A program made the position numbers and the translations under genes. The notes under the pieces are model-generated. The model was not told the origin of the DNA. It saw only the letters and a list, made by a program, of their open reading frames with translations, and searched no databases. A stretch of 64,000 nt of DNA, taken from a virus. This document shows positions 26,855-37,930 of this stretch, piece after piece (the first letter of the stretch is position 1; the number at the start of each line of letters is the position of its first letter). The stretch is from positions 7,989-71,988 of IMG/VR virus record IMGVR_UViG_3300037483_001478. One strand, 5' to 3'.

Positions 26855-29800
26855 ATGTCAAGTTTGGCAGCGCTCACGGAGTTGGAAGACCTTGCTCTCT
26901 TCATGCAAGAGAAGATGCAAGAAGTTGACCCTAGTGTAGATACTACTCCAGGGTCTCCCTTCTACAGCGGAGTCATCCAGCCTTTGCTCGACAGGCTAGG
27001 GCCCGACCCATACTTGACCCCCATTCGAGATTTCATTGTCTCAAAGTTACAGTCCGAATTGCCCGACACCGTGGTAGCCGACGGGGAACCGCTAGACGAT
27101 CTGGTAGCCAAACCCATGCAGATTCTGATGGCCCCCTTGCGCCGTCAGATACAGAACGTCTCCCTGCAACAGTCTTTTGCAAATTCCGCTTCTTTGAACT
27201 CCCGAGAAGCAGACAATCTTGGGGCGAATTTCTTTGTGAGAAGGGTGCGTGGGGCTTCTTCCATTGGTGTAGCTCGGTTGTACTTTAACGCCCCTCAGTA
27301 CGTGCTGGTGGCTCCCAGCAACCCGGTATCTACAGGAGCGGGGCTAAGGTTCTTTCCAGTTGAGAATCAGTCGATCACAGCTGACTCGATGATTTTCAAT
27401 ACAGAAGGGTCACTTTTCTACTTCGACATCGTGGTGCGCGCTGAAACGGAGGGGGAGTCCTACAACATCCCTGCCAACACGCTTACAGGCATAGAAGGCC
27501 TGCCCGCTGTGGTGAGGGTAGTGAACAAACTGGCGTTTGAGGAAGGCTTGGCCACCCAAACCACCGAGGAATACATCCAATCCATCGAAGATGGCCTTAC
27601 CGAGAGGTCTTTAGTCACCCTACGGGGACTAAACGCTCGGCTAAAAGACGTCTTTGAGCAGATCAAGCTGCTACAGGTCATCGGGTTCGGCGATCCAGAA
27701 ATGGACCGCGACATCCTTCGAGCAGCAGTCGACATCCCCGAGCCCTATGCTTACGCACTGGTCGACTCTACCACTCCAGGAACTACGGTCAGTTTGGCAG
27801 CAGCAGGCACCCCGCCCCGGATTCTGCCCTCTTTAGGTACTGCTATTGATTCGTTCGTCACTGCTGGGGTTCGCGTCGGGGACTACGTCTTATACGCAGA
27901 TGTGGCCACCGGCTTGTTCAGCCGCCACACAGTGACCAGTGTCACTGTGTTAGCGCTTGAGGTCACTCCAGACCTTCCATCAGGCCTCACCACAGTCCAG
28001 GTAGGAATCGCGCGAGATGTGGCCTCCTTGACGATTTCGGACATTCCTGGAGGCATTCTGCTGCCCAACACGCCATTCGGTGAGTTGGTGATTCGTAACG
28101 ATGAGGTGCACATTGGGGGCGTCTTTGACGTCTTCATTAGAGCGGGAGCACCACAAGAGCAGTCGGTAACTATTGAGGGGGTCCGGGATGGGTCGCCTTT
28201 GAGGTTTGGGGTCGACCTCGAATCTTTCGGAGCAGACAGCACGCGGTTCCTGCATGTCACCGAGAACGTCGATGAGCAAGCAGCGATCCCTTCCACTGAC
28301 CGTTTTGGTGTGGCAGTCACTGACCACATACTAATTCGACAATACGATGACTCAGGCGACCCTGTTGTTCCTTGGAAGCCTACAGAAGACGACGTGGGCC
28401 GCTACATTCAGCTTCTTGATGCGGTAAACGGCAATTGGGGGACCCTAAAGATCGAAGAGGTTTTGGACGAGGAGTACTTTGAGGATGGGTCGGCCGCTTT
28501 GCACCGGATGGTGCGCATACGCGTGGAGCTCATCGATCAAGAGACGGGCGGAGCCGTAACCCTCACCCCCACTGCAGATGTGGAGGTACCTTTCAGACTC
28601 GCAGAACAGGCTTCCATCACCGACTTGGTGCGGGACAGGGATGGCAGTCGCGCACCAGTGGCCGGCTTCCCTACCATCCTAGCAGGCGTGGACTTCTCAG
28701 CGGAAGGCGCTGAGATAGGCGATTCTGTTGTCATAGAGACAGGGGATGACGCAGGCATCTACTCCATTCGTCGGATCTTGTCTTCCTTGGCGTCCAACGA
28801 CACCCTTGTACTAGACCGTGATCTTACCAGAGAGGTAACGCCTGCAGGCGACGGCGCGGCTACAGGATTGCGCTATAGGGTGGCGGACGACCTCAACCTC
28901 GACCTCATAGAGCCTCGCGTACAGAAGATACCTCTTGGCGACGTCTTTGCCGCGGGTGACTTAAACACCGTGGCAGGGTCGCGTTCCGTCAATGTCGGTG
29001 GCACGACCAACTTCTTGTTGGCAGGGGTTGAGGCAGGGGACACCCTAGAAATTCTCGATGGAGGAGCTGTAGGCAAATACAAGTTTGTGACTGTGGCGGG
29101 CACAACGGCTACTTTAGACGCGGAAGCTCCAGCGACGTCGTTCTTGGTCGACTTCCTGGTCTATCGAGAATTCCAAGGCGTCACTCGGCCGATGGTGCGG
29201 GTGAAGAGCATCGAGATCCTCGACTCAAACGCTCAACCCACTGGCATTACAGTTCCTTATGGGGACATTGTGGATGCCCGCATCTTGGGAACCTTGTCGA
29301 ACCGGGCGGAAGGGGAAACAGTAGAGAGCTTCACAGGAGACATCCAAAGTACAGTGTTGCTGGAGGATACTTCTACCGACTTTGTCGCTTTGGGCATCCA
29401 GGCTGGGTTTCGCTTAAACGTGCTGAACACAGATAACCAAGGCGAGTACGTTATTGCGAAGGTGGGCACGCCTGATGGCCTGGGGTCCGATAACCAGATC
29501 GAGGTAGAAACAGCGGCCAACGGCGGTACGGAGTTCCCAAAGGTCACTTCACCTGTCCATTACTCCATCGGATTCCCCTCGGCAGGCATAGCCCGGTTGT
29601 ACTTTCTGGAGCCTACCTCTGTAGTCGTGACGACCGGCCTTGCAGGCGGGCGGCTAGAGACCATCGAAGACACGCCGCGTCAATTCATGTTCTCTGCACA
29701 GAATGGTTACCAGCTATACCCGCCGGCAGGCGAGGCGACACCGCGGAACCTCCGGGTAGCGCGTTCATACGAGGTATCCCCGTCGGTGTTCAATACGGCG

Positions 29801-31594
29801 CTCGAGCTCACAGGTGTGGCGGAGCCCGACGCCTTTGACCTCGAGCTTCAGGTTGGAGACATTGTAGAGGTCAACGAGCACATTCCCTTCCGAGAGGTAG
29901 GAGGTCAAACCTTCCCAGAAATCGGCGTATTTGGAGCGCCGGCCGGCCTGCGCACACTAGCAGGGTCCAACCGAGTTTCAGTGCCCGCCACGTCTCTCAT
30001 TAATTTCACCGCCATGAACTCCGCCACACCTCTAGTGGGCCAGAAGCTCATCATTGAGGAGGGGCCAGACGCGGGCGAGTACATCATTGAAGCTGTAGAA
30101 TCTTCCAAGGCGCTACGGCTAAACCGTACGATGATCGGCACCACCGAAACCATACTAGGAGCGGAGAACACTACCCCGCGCGACGGCACCCTAGCGACTT
30201 CGGGAAGCGCCACCAACCTGACAGATCTCACGGACGGGCCTTCGCTTGGCACTGTAGTGGGCCATTTCATCACCATTTTTGAGTCGACCCGGGCAGACTT
30301 GGACGGGACTTATGAGGTCACTAGCATTGTTACGCCGGGGTCAGTCATAGAAATCGACGCGTCATTTACGAGTCCTGCGGCGTCGGGAACCCCTATCGAC
30401 GCGTTCTCAACCGGACTTTTTGGGTGGGTGCGCACTTCCAGCGATCTGAATGTGGGCCATGCGTTCAACATTTACCAGGAGGTGCCCACTAAGGTAGAGG
30501 TTCTGGAGGTAGCCACCAAGCGCGCCAATTTGGTGGGGGTACGTGGTGGAGCAATATCTTCCACGACTCAACTGGACGACACGGGCACCAACTTTGTAAC
30601 CGCTGGGGTGGCCCGGGGGGACTTAGTGGAGATCCTGAGAGGACCCAGCGCCGGCATTTATGCCATCAACACAGTAAACCCCACGTCTTTGGTCATTGCC
30701 ACGAACCTTACGCACTACTTCCCGGCTACTGAAAGTAGTGTCCCCTATCGTGTATGGGGCGGGGTGCACGGCGCGCGGAAGATGATTACGGTGGGCCCTT
30801 TCGAATCCTCTGATGGCCGAGTTGACCCAGGCCCCGAGCTCCCATTTGTAATCTTGCGCCAGAGCCAGTTTCGGGCCAGCTCTACAGAAATGGAAGCTAG
30901 CTACGACGGCACCCTCTACTACGTCGATATTCCAATCGAGTCGCTGGGTGCCGGGGACTCGTTAAACCTCGAAAAAGACACCCGTTTGAGGGTAACCAGC
31001 GGGCTACTTGCCGACGGCTACACCTACAGCGTGGACAACCCTACCTTGACATTCTCTCCGCGTGAGCGGGTGTCCTTGACCTTCGACCGAAGGTTCTTAC
31101 CGGTAGGTAATAGCGACAGCCCTGAAAACTACACTGAAATCAACGGGCGCAGCCTACAGATCACCTATGAGTCGTCCAGCACAGTGCGCTTAGTGGACAA
31201 CTTACTCCGCTCCGAGGCGGATCGGCCGGTAAACGCAAACCCATTGGCGAGGCATTTCTTGCCTTCTTACGTTCTGACGACCTTTCGGTACCGAGGGGGG
31301 GCCTCAGTGTCCTCAGTAGGTCCTGAGCTGGAGAGCTATATCAACACCCTTGGCGCCACAGACGAGCTCGAGGTGTCGGACTTGGAGGCCTTCCTTACCC
31401 GTCGGGGAGCCACATCTATTCAGCATCCTATCGAGCTCGTCACAGTGACCCACGACCTACAAAGACATCTTGTAGTCAACCGGTCCGATAATCGGTTGGG
31501 AGGCACCAGCGACGTACCTTACGACGGCACGGGGCGCCTATCCGCCTTCTTTGCTACTTTGGGAGAGGGTCTGAATCTGGAGAAGCTATCATAG
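26855..31594 (+). CDS. baseplate wedge protein (baseplate J/gp6-like, with large insertions)
   Basis: DTTPGS, ADNLGANFFVRR..G.ARLYF, AETEGESYNI.A, VIGFGDPEMDRD, HIGG..DVF; start reassigned to ATG 26855. Confidence 0.75.
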   Translation: MSSLAALTELEDLALFMQEKMQEVDPSVDTTPGSPFYSGVIQPLLDRLGPDPYLTPIRDFIVSKLQSELPDTVVADGEPLDDLVAKPMQILMAPLRRQIQNVSLQQSFANSASLNSREADNLGANFFVRRVRGASSIGVARLYFNAPQYVLVAPSNPVSTGAGLRFFPVENQSITADSMIFNTEGSLFYFDIVVRAETEGESYNIPANTLTGIEGLPAVVRVVNKLAFEEGLATQTTEEYIQSIEDGLTERSLVTLRGLNARLKDVFEQIKLLQVIGFGDPEMDRDILRAAVDIPEPYAYALVDSTTPGTTVSLAAAGTPPRILPSLGTAIDSFVTAGVRVGDYVLYADVATGLFSRHTVTSVTVLALEVTPDLPSGLTTVQVGIARDVASLTISDIPGGILLPNTPFGELVIRNDEVHIGGVFDVFIRAGAPQEQSVTIEGVRDGSPLRFGVDLESFGADSTRFLHVTENVDEQAAIPSTDRFGVAVTDHILIRQYDDSGDPVVPWKPTEDDVGRYIQLLDAVNGNWGTLKIEEVLDEEYFEDGSAALHRMVRIRVELIDQETGGAVTLTPTADVEVPFRLAEQASITDLVRDRDGSRAPVAGFPTILAGVDFSAEGAEIGDSVVIETGDDAGIYSIRRILSSLASNDTLVLDRDLTREVTPAGDGAATGLRYRVADDLNLDLIEPRVQKIPLGDVFAAGDLNTVAGSRSVNVGGTTNFLLAGVEAGDTLEILDGGAVGKYKFVTVAGTTATLDAEAPATSFLVDFLVYREFQGVTRPMVRVKSIEILDSNAQPTGITVPYGDIVDARILGTLSNRAEGETVESFTGDIQSTVLLEDTSTDFVALGIQAGFRLNVLNTDNQGEYVIAKVGTPDGLGSDNQIEVETAANGGTEFPKVTSPVHYSIGFPSAGIARLYFLEPTSVVVTTGLAGGRLETIEDTPRQFMFSAQNGYQLYPPAGEATPRNLRVARSYEVSPSVFNTALELTGVAEPDAFDLELQVGDIVEVNEHIPFREVGGQTFPEIGVFGAPAGLRTLAGSNRVSVPATSLINFTAMNSATPLVGQKLIIEEGPDAGEYIIEAVESSKALRLNRTMIGTTETILGAENTTPRDGTLATSGSATNLTDLTDGPSLGTVVGHFITIFESTRADLDGTYEVTSIVTPGSVIEIDASFTSPAASGTPIDAFSTGLFGWVRTSSDLNVGHAFNIYQEVPTKVEVLEVATKRANLVGVRGGAISSTTQLDDTGTNFVTAGVARGDLVEILRGPSAGIYAINTVNPTSLVIATNLTHYFPATESSVPYRVWGGVHGARKMITVGPFESSDGRVDPGPELPFVILRQSQFRASSTEMEASYDGTLYYVDIPIESLGAGDSLNLEKDTRLRVTSGLLADGYTYSVDNPTLTFSPRERVSLTFDRRFLPVGNSDSPENYTEINGRSLQITYESSSTVRLVDNLLRSEADRPVNANPLARHFLPSYVLTTFRYRGGASVSSVGPELESYINTLGATDELEVSDLEAFLTRRGATSIQHPIELVTVTHDLQRHLVVNRSDNRLGGTSDVPYDGTGRLSAFFATLGEGLNLEKLS

Positions 31595-31892
31595 AGGCTT
31601 CTGTGCGCTCCACAACTTTGGTGTAGGGGTCGTACACTGCACCGCACTGCAAGCACTTGGCTCGCCCCTCCGGTAGCACATCATCCCCAAACGGGCTATT
31701 TAGGATCACAGGGCCGCCTTCTCCGTGGACTACTTTGATAGGACGTAGGACCTTGGTGTTTTTGGACCCGCCGCATACAGGGCAGCGGAGATGCTTGTAT
31801 AGTTGCTCCTCGGCCTTAACGGCAGGCGTGATAACATCCTCAGTATCTGCTAAGAGGGCTCGAATGACATCAGGGTCCATGGGTTTCAACAT
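31554..31892 (-). CDS. Zn-ribbon protein, antisense within the tail operon
   Basis: CPVC...CLQC; fills the 31594-31917 gap. Confidence 0.7.
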   Translation of the reverse strand: MLKPMDPDVIRALLADTEDVITPAVKAEEQLYKHLRCPVCGGSKNTKVLRPIKVVHGEGGPVILNSPFGDDVLPEGRAKCLQCGAVYDPYTKVVERTEASMIASPDSDPLPK

Positions 31893-31916
31893 TGATAGGT
31901 CCTATAGGAGATCACT

Positions 31917-34121
31917 GTGGGTCTTCCAGTTATAGCCAATGTAGCACCTTACCCAGGATCCCAAGCTAAAGTAACTGGCAGTTTCCGCGCCAGTGTTAGA
32001 GATCCTGACGACCAGATAGACCGATCATCTATCAATATGTATGTCGGCTCAGGGCCGGCATTCTACGAGGCTAGCAGCGGCACTTTGCCAGAAGACGCCG
32101 CGGGCTCCTCTTTCGTCCTGGAATCCCGTTCGGGGGTGCCGGGGGACCCTGCCGTACGCTCAGTGAGCGCGGGGGAGATGAGGCTAGAGAAAGCTACGCC
32201 TTCCGCTGTGCGAAGGGCCACCTACTTCTTTGGCGGGCTGAAAGCGCCCGCAGCTTCAGACGCTCCCTTGATGGCGGAGTTTACCCTTCGTCTTCAGGAA
32301 GCCGACGTAGCCAACATTGGAGTGGATGAATACACCGGGGTTGCTTTTGGATTCTTGACCGGCACCACAGGCGTAGCAGTGAAGTTCTTCACAGTAGGAG
32401 GGACGCGCCGCATAGAGGTCCATGACGCGGGCCTGATTTCGTCGATGGTCTACAGCGCGCTGTTCGACTGGGACCAGACTGAGGAGCATACGTACAAGCT
32501 GCTTTGGTACCCCAAAGCCGATCTTTTTAGGCTTTATGTGTCCTCGGGGCAGGACCTTGTATCGGACGTGTTGCTGGTAGACGGCGCAGTGAGTGCCTTC
32601 TCCTCAGTACCCGCGGAAGCTCAGCGCGCAGGTAGCCCTTGGGCCTATTTTGGGCATGAGGGCGTAGCCCCAACCTCGGTGAGCTATTGGAGGCGGGCGC
32701 ACTTCTACAACTTGGTACTGAATCCTATCGTGGGGGGCATTCACCGAGGGGGGCACACGGGTATTCTACGGACCAATGACGTGGTGTATTACGTCGCGGC
32801 ACGGCGGCCAGAAGATGAGTCGCAGCCCTGGTCCCCTGTACCCGAATCGTACGGAACGATTGCAGGCGCTCAGTACCTGGCCCCACGCTATCTTGAGATC
32901 ACAAAGACTCAGAGCGACGGTAGTTTCGGCTACTACCGGGTGGAACCCAGGGCAGTAACACTTCCTCTGATACTGGACTTCACGGTATCGGGAGAGCTCA
33001 GGGAGTTGCCTAGCGGTACTGCAGCTACGGGAATGGAAATTTACGTCGATGATGGCACCAATGCAGCTAGAGTGGGGCTTTTGGACATAGAAGGCACCCA
33101 ATATTTGGGGCTGCTAGCGACAGGGCCAGAAGACGAGGCGGCTTCCTATAGCGCAGTGCAACAAAGCTGGGTAGGGGCGACATCTTACCGCGTCATCTTT
33201 GAGCCTGGAGTGGGGGCGACTTTGTCTCGCCTGGTGCCTGTAGAGGAAGGCTACGACGAGGAGACCATAACGACAGTTCTTGCTGCCGACCTTCCCGCCT
33301 CGTCACTGCCGGGGCCTGGAGTAGGATTCTTGCATAACGCTTTGGCCATCAGCGCGCTGGCCACCATGCGGATCCACCGCATACGCTACATGCCAAATGT
33401 GCGGCTGCTATCGGGGGATGCATTGCCCCCGGCTCCGTGGGCAATAGATACGGCAGGAGGAATACCTACCTCCTTGGGCGGCATCCTTACGCTAGACAGT
33501 ATCGAAGGTGATACTTTGCGTTACCATAGGCCTGAATCCGAGCTGACTCCCAACAACGGGGTCAGCCTAGAGATGCGAGGCCGAGTAGAGGCCTACGAAG
33601 TGTCCGGGGTATCAAGCCCCTCGTTGCAGCACACAGGGGTAGGCTTTTCCATAGATGACGGGACCTACCTTACGAAGCTGCTATTTGCAGATGCGGGGGA
33701 TGTGGGAAAGATTGTCATTTTGGTGCCAGACACTGATGTGACCGAGCTTCTTAGGGATATTCAGTCTGGGGTACCCGGCACAGAAGGTTTTTACGCGGTG
33801 GTGGACTGGACCCGCTATCACCTGTACCGTCTGGAAAAGACTGTAGGAGGAAGCCTGCGCTTGTTTGTGGATGAGGCGGAAACCCCGATCATTGAGCAAA
33901 ATTCGGCCACCTTCTCTTACCCAGCCTCCGAAGGGTCAGGAGCTCGGGTCAGTTTTGGGAACTACATGGATGACCGAGCCGCCACGAGCAATTGGAAGTT
34001 CCTTCGACATTCTGTTTCTGAGGGGTTTGACTTGGAAGCCAAGCCATTACTGACGCAAGAAGAGGTCTTGCAAAGGTTCGGCCAGGCTCTAAATGTCATC
34101 GTGGAAGCTGAGGACGCGTAA
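31917..34121 (+). CDS. virion protein with lectin/LamG-like beta-sandwich repeats
   Basis: AGGAGA SD + GTG; repeated DW..HTYKL / DWTRYHLYRL units. Confidence 0.62.
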   Translation: MGLPVIANVAPYPGSQAKVTGSFRASVRDPDDQIDRSSINMYVGSGPAFYEASSGTLPEDAAGSSFVLESRSGVPGDPAVRSVSAGEMRLEKATPSAVRRATYFFGGLKAPAASDAPLMAEFTLRLQEADVANIGVDEYTGVAFGFLTGTTGVAVKFFTVGGTRRIEVHDAGLISSMVYSALFDWDQTEEHTYKLLWYPKADLFRLYVSSGQDLVSDVLLVDGAVSAFSSVPAEAQRAGSPWAYFGHEGVAPTSVSYWRRAHFYNLVLNPIVGGIHRGGHTGILRTNDVVYYVAARRPEDESQPWSPVPESYGTIAGAQYLAPRYLEITKTQSDGSFGYYRVEPRAVTLPLILDFTVSGELRELPSGTAATGMEIYVDDGTNAARVGLLDIEGTQYLGLLATGPEDEAASYSAVQQSWVGATSYRVIFEPGVGATLSRLVPVEEGYDEETITTVLAADLPASSLPGPGVGFLHNALAISALATMRIHRIRYMPNVRLLSGDALPPAPWAIDTAGGIPTSLGGILTLDSIEGDTLRYHRPESELTPNNGVSLEMRGRVEAYEVSGVSSPSLQHTGVGFSIDDGTYLTKLLFADAGDVGKIVILVPDTDVTELLRDIQSGVPGTEGFYAVVDWTRYHLYRLEKTVGGSLRLFVDEAETPIIEQNSATFSYPASEGSGARVSFGNYMDDRAATSNWKFLRHSVSEGFDLEAKPLLTQEEVLQRFGQALNVIVEAEDA

Positions 34122-37100
34122 TGGCGGGCAACAAGGTCCAAAAGTTCAGCACCACAACTACGGCAGCAGCCAACCAGGCACCTGTCGCAGTCTTGGCATC
34201 TACCAGGATCGATACCGTCATCGGATCGATTATCCAACTAGATGGTAGGCAGAGCTTCGACCCTGAAGGTACTGACATAACGTTCCAGTGGCGGTTTGCG
34301 AAAGTACCCATCGGCAGCGGCGTGGAATCCGTAGGGTTCAAAGACCTACGCCCGCGTAGCACGGCTGTGTCATTCATCCCCGACAAGACCGGTCAGTATG
34401 AGATCGAGCTGATTGTGAATGACGGTGAGCTCGACAGCGACCCCGTGGTCGCTTTAGTGAACATTCAACTTAACCGGGTACCCTGCGGGGAAGGTATCGT
34501 CCCTGACGCGCTGTTCTTGTGGAGCTACATCTCAAACTTTTGGGGACTTGTTGAGGACCGAGAAGCCGTCACTTCTATTTGGGCCTCCACGATACAGGCC
34601 CTCGGCGCAGACATTATTCGCTTGTGGGAAAACGATAGAAACAAGTCGTTGGCCACTATTCAATCTACTTTTCAGCGCCGCTGGCTCCCTTATGCGATGA
34701 CAACAGACTTGTCGCAGGAGTACAAGCAGCGCGTCATTGTAGGGAAAACTGATCGAGGCGTGGGTGGGGAGACGGGACCTATCGGCGGTGGCGCTACAGG
34801 CCTGACGAAGCTCTTTCACATCCTACGAGGGCCTACGGGCTCCGGCAACAAAGCCGATTTTGTGCAGCTCCGAGGAAACTATGGAGCTGCAGGGCGTGTT
34901 ATCGTCCTCAACGACACTACGCATATCATCAACCGAGCGGAGAACGGCGAATCCGTTTTGGCGCAAGGGGCGGACGCGTCAACAGCGGGTGGCAACACCA
35001 TCACAGTTGCAGGAGCTGCTTTTCAAACTTTGGGCGTCCAGGCAGGTGACCGTGTAACGCTAACGGGTATCAACGCGGGCGAGTACGACGTATCCGCAGT
35101 CCCCTCTGAAACCACATTGGACGTCACCTATGCGGGCACTGCTACAGTGCCCGCACTTACTGCAGGGCCTGACCAAGGGTACAAGGTGCGACGCTTGTTC
35201 TCCTTGCTGGTACTGGATGAGGAGACGCTCACTCCCAATATACGGTCTGTGCGGTGGCGCATACCCCATTTGCTTCACGTACCTGGAGTTGACCTGGAGG
35301 CACGCGGTGTCACCCCTGGCGATATCCTTGTATTGGAGGCCACCCGCGGAGATACGGGTATCAGCGCAGAGCTTCGTGCTCAAGTAGTGGGGGTCAAAAA
35401 CGACCGGCTAGGATTTGAGTTTACGCTGCAAGACTTGAGTACAGCCGCTACTACAGTAGACCGAGCGCTATTTCGCGATCTCATGAGGGGACTGCACATT
35501 GTCGCAGGAGACGCGCCAGAAGTAGAAGCAGGGTCTGCTGCAGAGGCTTTCATTGCCTTTATGCCTGTAGCTATCAACTTGGCAACTAGGCCGTTCTCGC
35601 AGCTCCAACTCACCATCAAGGCCAAGAAGGTACTGCACAACACCGCTATTGCAGTCAGTAACAACTTGCTCACTGCTCCGGCCCTTCAAGAGAAGCTAGT
35701 AAACCCCGACGTCGTATATAGAGAGAACTTCGACTACACGATAGACAGTGCGATTTTGCATTTTGCGGGAGGCAGGTTCAGTTTATCGAGCCCGGCTCCT
35801 GAGGTCTTGTGGGCGGAATGCTCTCACTTCGACAATTCCGAAGCGGTAGAGAACAACTTCGGCCGCTTGGTACGGTTAACCCAGGAGCAATATGCCAATA
35901 CCAATGCCCAAGCTCCTTACCTGAGCGCCGTGCGCGGGTTAGTGTACGCTTTTGTGCGCGGCCCTTCTATCGCCAATGTACGTTTGGGCGTACAGATACT
36001 GCTTGGCTTGCCGTTCACGGATGTTGACGGATTGATCCTGGAGATCCAGCAAGACTTCTCTACAGACTCTAACGGCAATTCTTTGGATCGTATACTGATC
36101 GAGGATCTTGACGATCAAGGACTTCGCACCGGATTCCGTAGGCTGTTTTTTTACCCAAACGTTGTAGGCATCGAGACAAACCCGCTGACTGGTGTACCCT
36201 ACGCGGTGGGCGACATCATCAGCGCTTTCAAGCCTATCTCTAAAGGCGTAGAGGTGCTGGACTACGTAAAGGACCCCCTGTGGTGGCAGCGTTCGTTATC
36301 CGGCATAGAAGTTCTGAAATACTTTGTGTTCAAAGTCCTCATAGACAGCGAAGTATTCAACGCGGAGGACGCACTATTCGCTTTGGATTTTGTGCGGTCT
36401 ATCAAGCCAGTATACACTCGAGCTATAACTACGATACTTCGCAGTTTGTCTGAAGACGTAATTACCACAGATGAAGTGGCAGGGACTCTGGCGCTCCAGT
36501 TCTACGACAATACATGGGGCTTGGAAGCTACGGCCCGCCTCAATGATGACAACCAGCAAGGTTGTAGCCTGTGGTCAGTGGGGTCGTATCCTTTAGCTAC
36601 TCGAGCTCATAGGCTGCTTAGGGACGTCCAGACAGTTCTTGAGGTCGGAGAGGTACGCGCTAAGTCGTCAACGTGGGATACGACACTGCTGCGCGGTAGA
36701 GTGGACGCCACCTCCCAAGACCCCGGTATCGAAGGTGACCTACTGATCATAGCACCAGGCCAATTAGGTTCCGGCCTGGCGGCGCCCGGCGTGTACGAGA
36801 TAGATTCGGTGATCGATGCCACTACGGTATCTTTACGCGCGGAGGCTCCTCACAGCAACCCGACGTCATACGACTATGGCTCTCTAGATACAGCGTTGTT
36901 TGAGTACGGTACGTCGCTAATAGCTTGTGCAATGCGCCGTATGAAGAACCCTCTGGTGCTTGGGGCAGATCTGGCCTTTACCTTTGGAGAGGTCACAGTA
37001 ACGTCAGCCTCGGCTCAGTTTTTGACCAATGGAGTGTCGCCAGGGGACCACCTCATTGTGGAAGAAGGCACAAACTACGGCCAGTACATCATTACGGCCA

Positions 37101-37492
37101 TAGTCCCTGCTGTAAGTGGCTGGATCACAGAGACACAGATTCAGTTGGTAATGATGGATGGCAACGCTCCTATATTTGCTACGGATTCCGGAGTACGCTT
37201 TCGCGTCGTCCGCCCCGCCCTGGCAGCATTTAGGATAGAGAACGCTCGATCGGTCTATAATGGCGGCGCGGCTCGCATGGAAATTGTGGTGCAAGACCCC
37301 AACACACCGTTTGCACCTTTTGACGTGTTCACCCCAAACCATGTAGGCCTACTAATATCTGTGAGCGAGTCGGACGACCCCACCAATGACGGTGATTTCC
37401 TCATCACAGAATACATTCATAGCGGCAAGGTTGTGACAGATAGCCCATCCACCACTTCGGACAGTGTTGCGGGCGCGGTCCTTCACTTTTGA
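34121..37492 (+). CDS. baseplate/tail protein with N-terminal PKD domain
   Basis: NQAPVA..IQLDGRQSFDPEG..FQW..FIPDKTGQYEIELIVNDG; NNFGRLV, YLSAVRGL..GPS, FVRSIKP (gpI-like wedge motifs). Confidence 0.72.
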   Translation: MAGNKVQKFSTTTTAAANQAPVAVLASTRIDTVIGSIIQLDGRQSFDPEGTDITFQWRFAKVPIGSGVESVGFKDLRPRSTAVSFIPDKTGQYEIELIVNDGELDSDPVVALVNIQLNRVPCGEGIVPDALFLWSYISNFWGLVEDREAVTSIWASTIQALGADIIRLWENDRNKSLATIQSTFQRRWLPYAMTTDLSQEYKQRVIVGKTDRGVGGETGPIGGGATGLTKLFHILRGPTGSGNKADFVQLRGNYGAAGRVIVLNDTTHIINRAENGESVLAQGADASTAGGNTITVAGAAFQTLGVQAGDRVTLTGINAGEYDVSAVPSETTLDVTYAGTATVPALTAGPDQGYKVRRLFSLLVLDEETLTPNIRSVRWRIPHLLHVPGVDLEARGVTPGDILVLEATRGDTGISAELRAQVVGVKNDRLGFEFTLQDLSTAATTVDRALFRDLMRGLHIVAGDAPEVEAGSAAEAFIAFMPVAINLATRPFSQLQLTIKAKKVLHNTAIAVSNNLLTAPALQEKLVNPDVVYRENFDYTIDSAILHFAGGRFSLSSPAPEVLWAECSHFDNSEAVENNFGRLVRLTQEQYANTNAQAPYLSAVRGLVYAFVRGPSIANVRLGVQILLGLPFTDVDGLILEIQQDFSTDSNGNSLDRILIEDLDDQGLRTGFRRLFFYPNVVGIETNPLTGVPYAVGDIISAFKPISKGVEVLDYVKDPLWWQRSLSGIEVLKYFVFKVLIDSEVFNAEDALFALDFVRSIKPVYTRAITTILRSLSEDVITTDEVAGTLALQFYDNTWGLEATARLNDDNQQGCSLWSVGSYPLATRAHRLLRDVQTVLEVGEVRAKSSTWDTTLLRGRVDATSQDPGIEGDLLIIAPGQLGSGLAAPGVYEIDSVIDATTVSLRAEAPHSNPTSYDYGSLDTALFEYGTSLIACAMRRMKNPLVLGADLAFTFGEVTVTSASAQFLTNGVSPGDHLIVEEGTNYGQYIITAIVPAVSGWITETQIQLVMMDGNAPIFATDSGVRFRVVRPALAAFRIENARSVYNGGAARMEIVVQDPNTPFAPFDVFTPNHVGLLISVSESDDPTNDGDFLITEYIHSGKVVTDSPSTTSDSVAGAVLHF

Positions 37493-37519
37493 GAGCACAG
37501 GCACTGTACGGAGGCATAA

Positions 37520-37915
37520 ATGAGTGTGAGCGACACTTATGAAGACAAAGTCCTCGATAAACTGCTCGGAGCCGTGGACTTTACTCCTCCTGCCAATGTG
37601 GAGATTGCTCTTTCCCAAGCAGACCCTACGGACGACGGATCTGGGTTAGCGGAGCCTGTCGGGAACAACTACAGTAGGGTCACAGTAGCAAATACCTTGA
37701 CCGAGTGGCCTGCGTCGTCTGGCGGATCGAAGGCTAACGCCAACGAGATTTTGTTCCCAGCAGCTTCTGGGTCTTGGGGCACGCTAACTCACTACGCGAT
37801 TTTCGAAGAGAGCGGGGGCATGATATTCCACGGGGCACTCACTGCGCCTTTGGCTGTGTCACTTGGCCAACAGCCCAAGTTTGCGGCTGGCGCTCTTACG
37901 GTCACTGCCAACTAG
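37520..37915 (+). CDS. small tail-fibre-associated structural protein
   Basis: YEDKVLDKLL, IALS.ADP, YSRV.V, FPAASGSWGTLTH; GGAGG SD. Confidence 0.75.
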   Translation: MSVSDTYEDKVLDKLLGAVDFTPPANVEIALSQADPTDDGSGLAEPVGNNYSRVTVANTLTEWPASSGGSKANANEILFPAASGSWGTLTHYAIFEESGGMIFHGALTAPLAVSLGQQPKFAAGALTVTAN

Positions 37916-37930
37916 TTGGTGGGAGGCACG

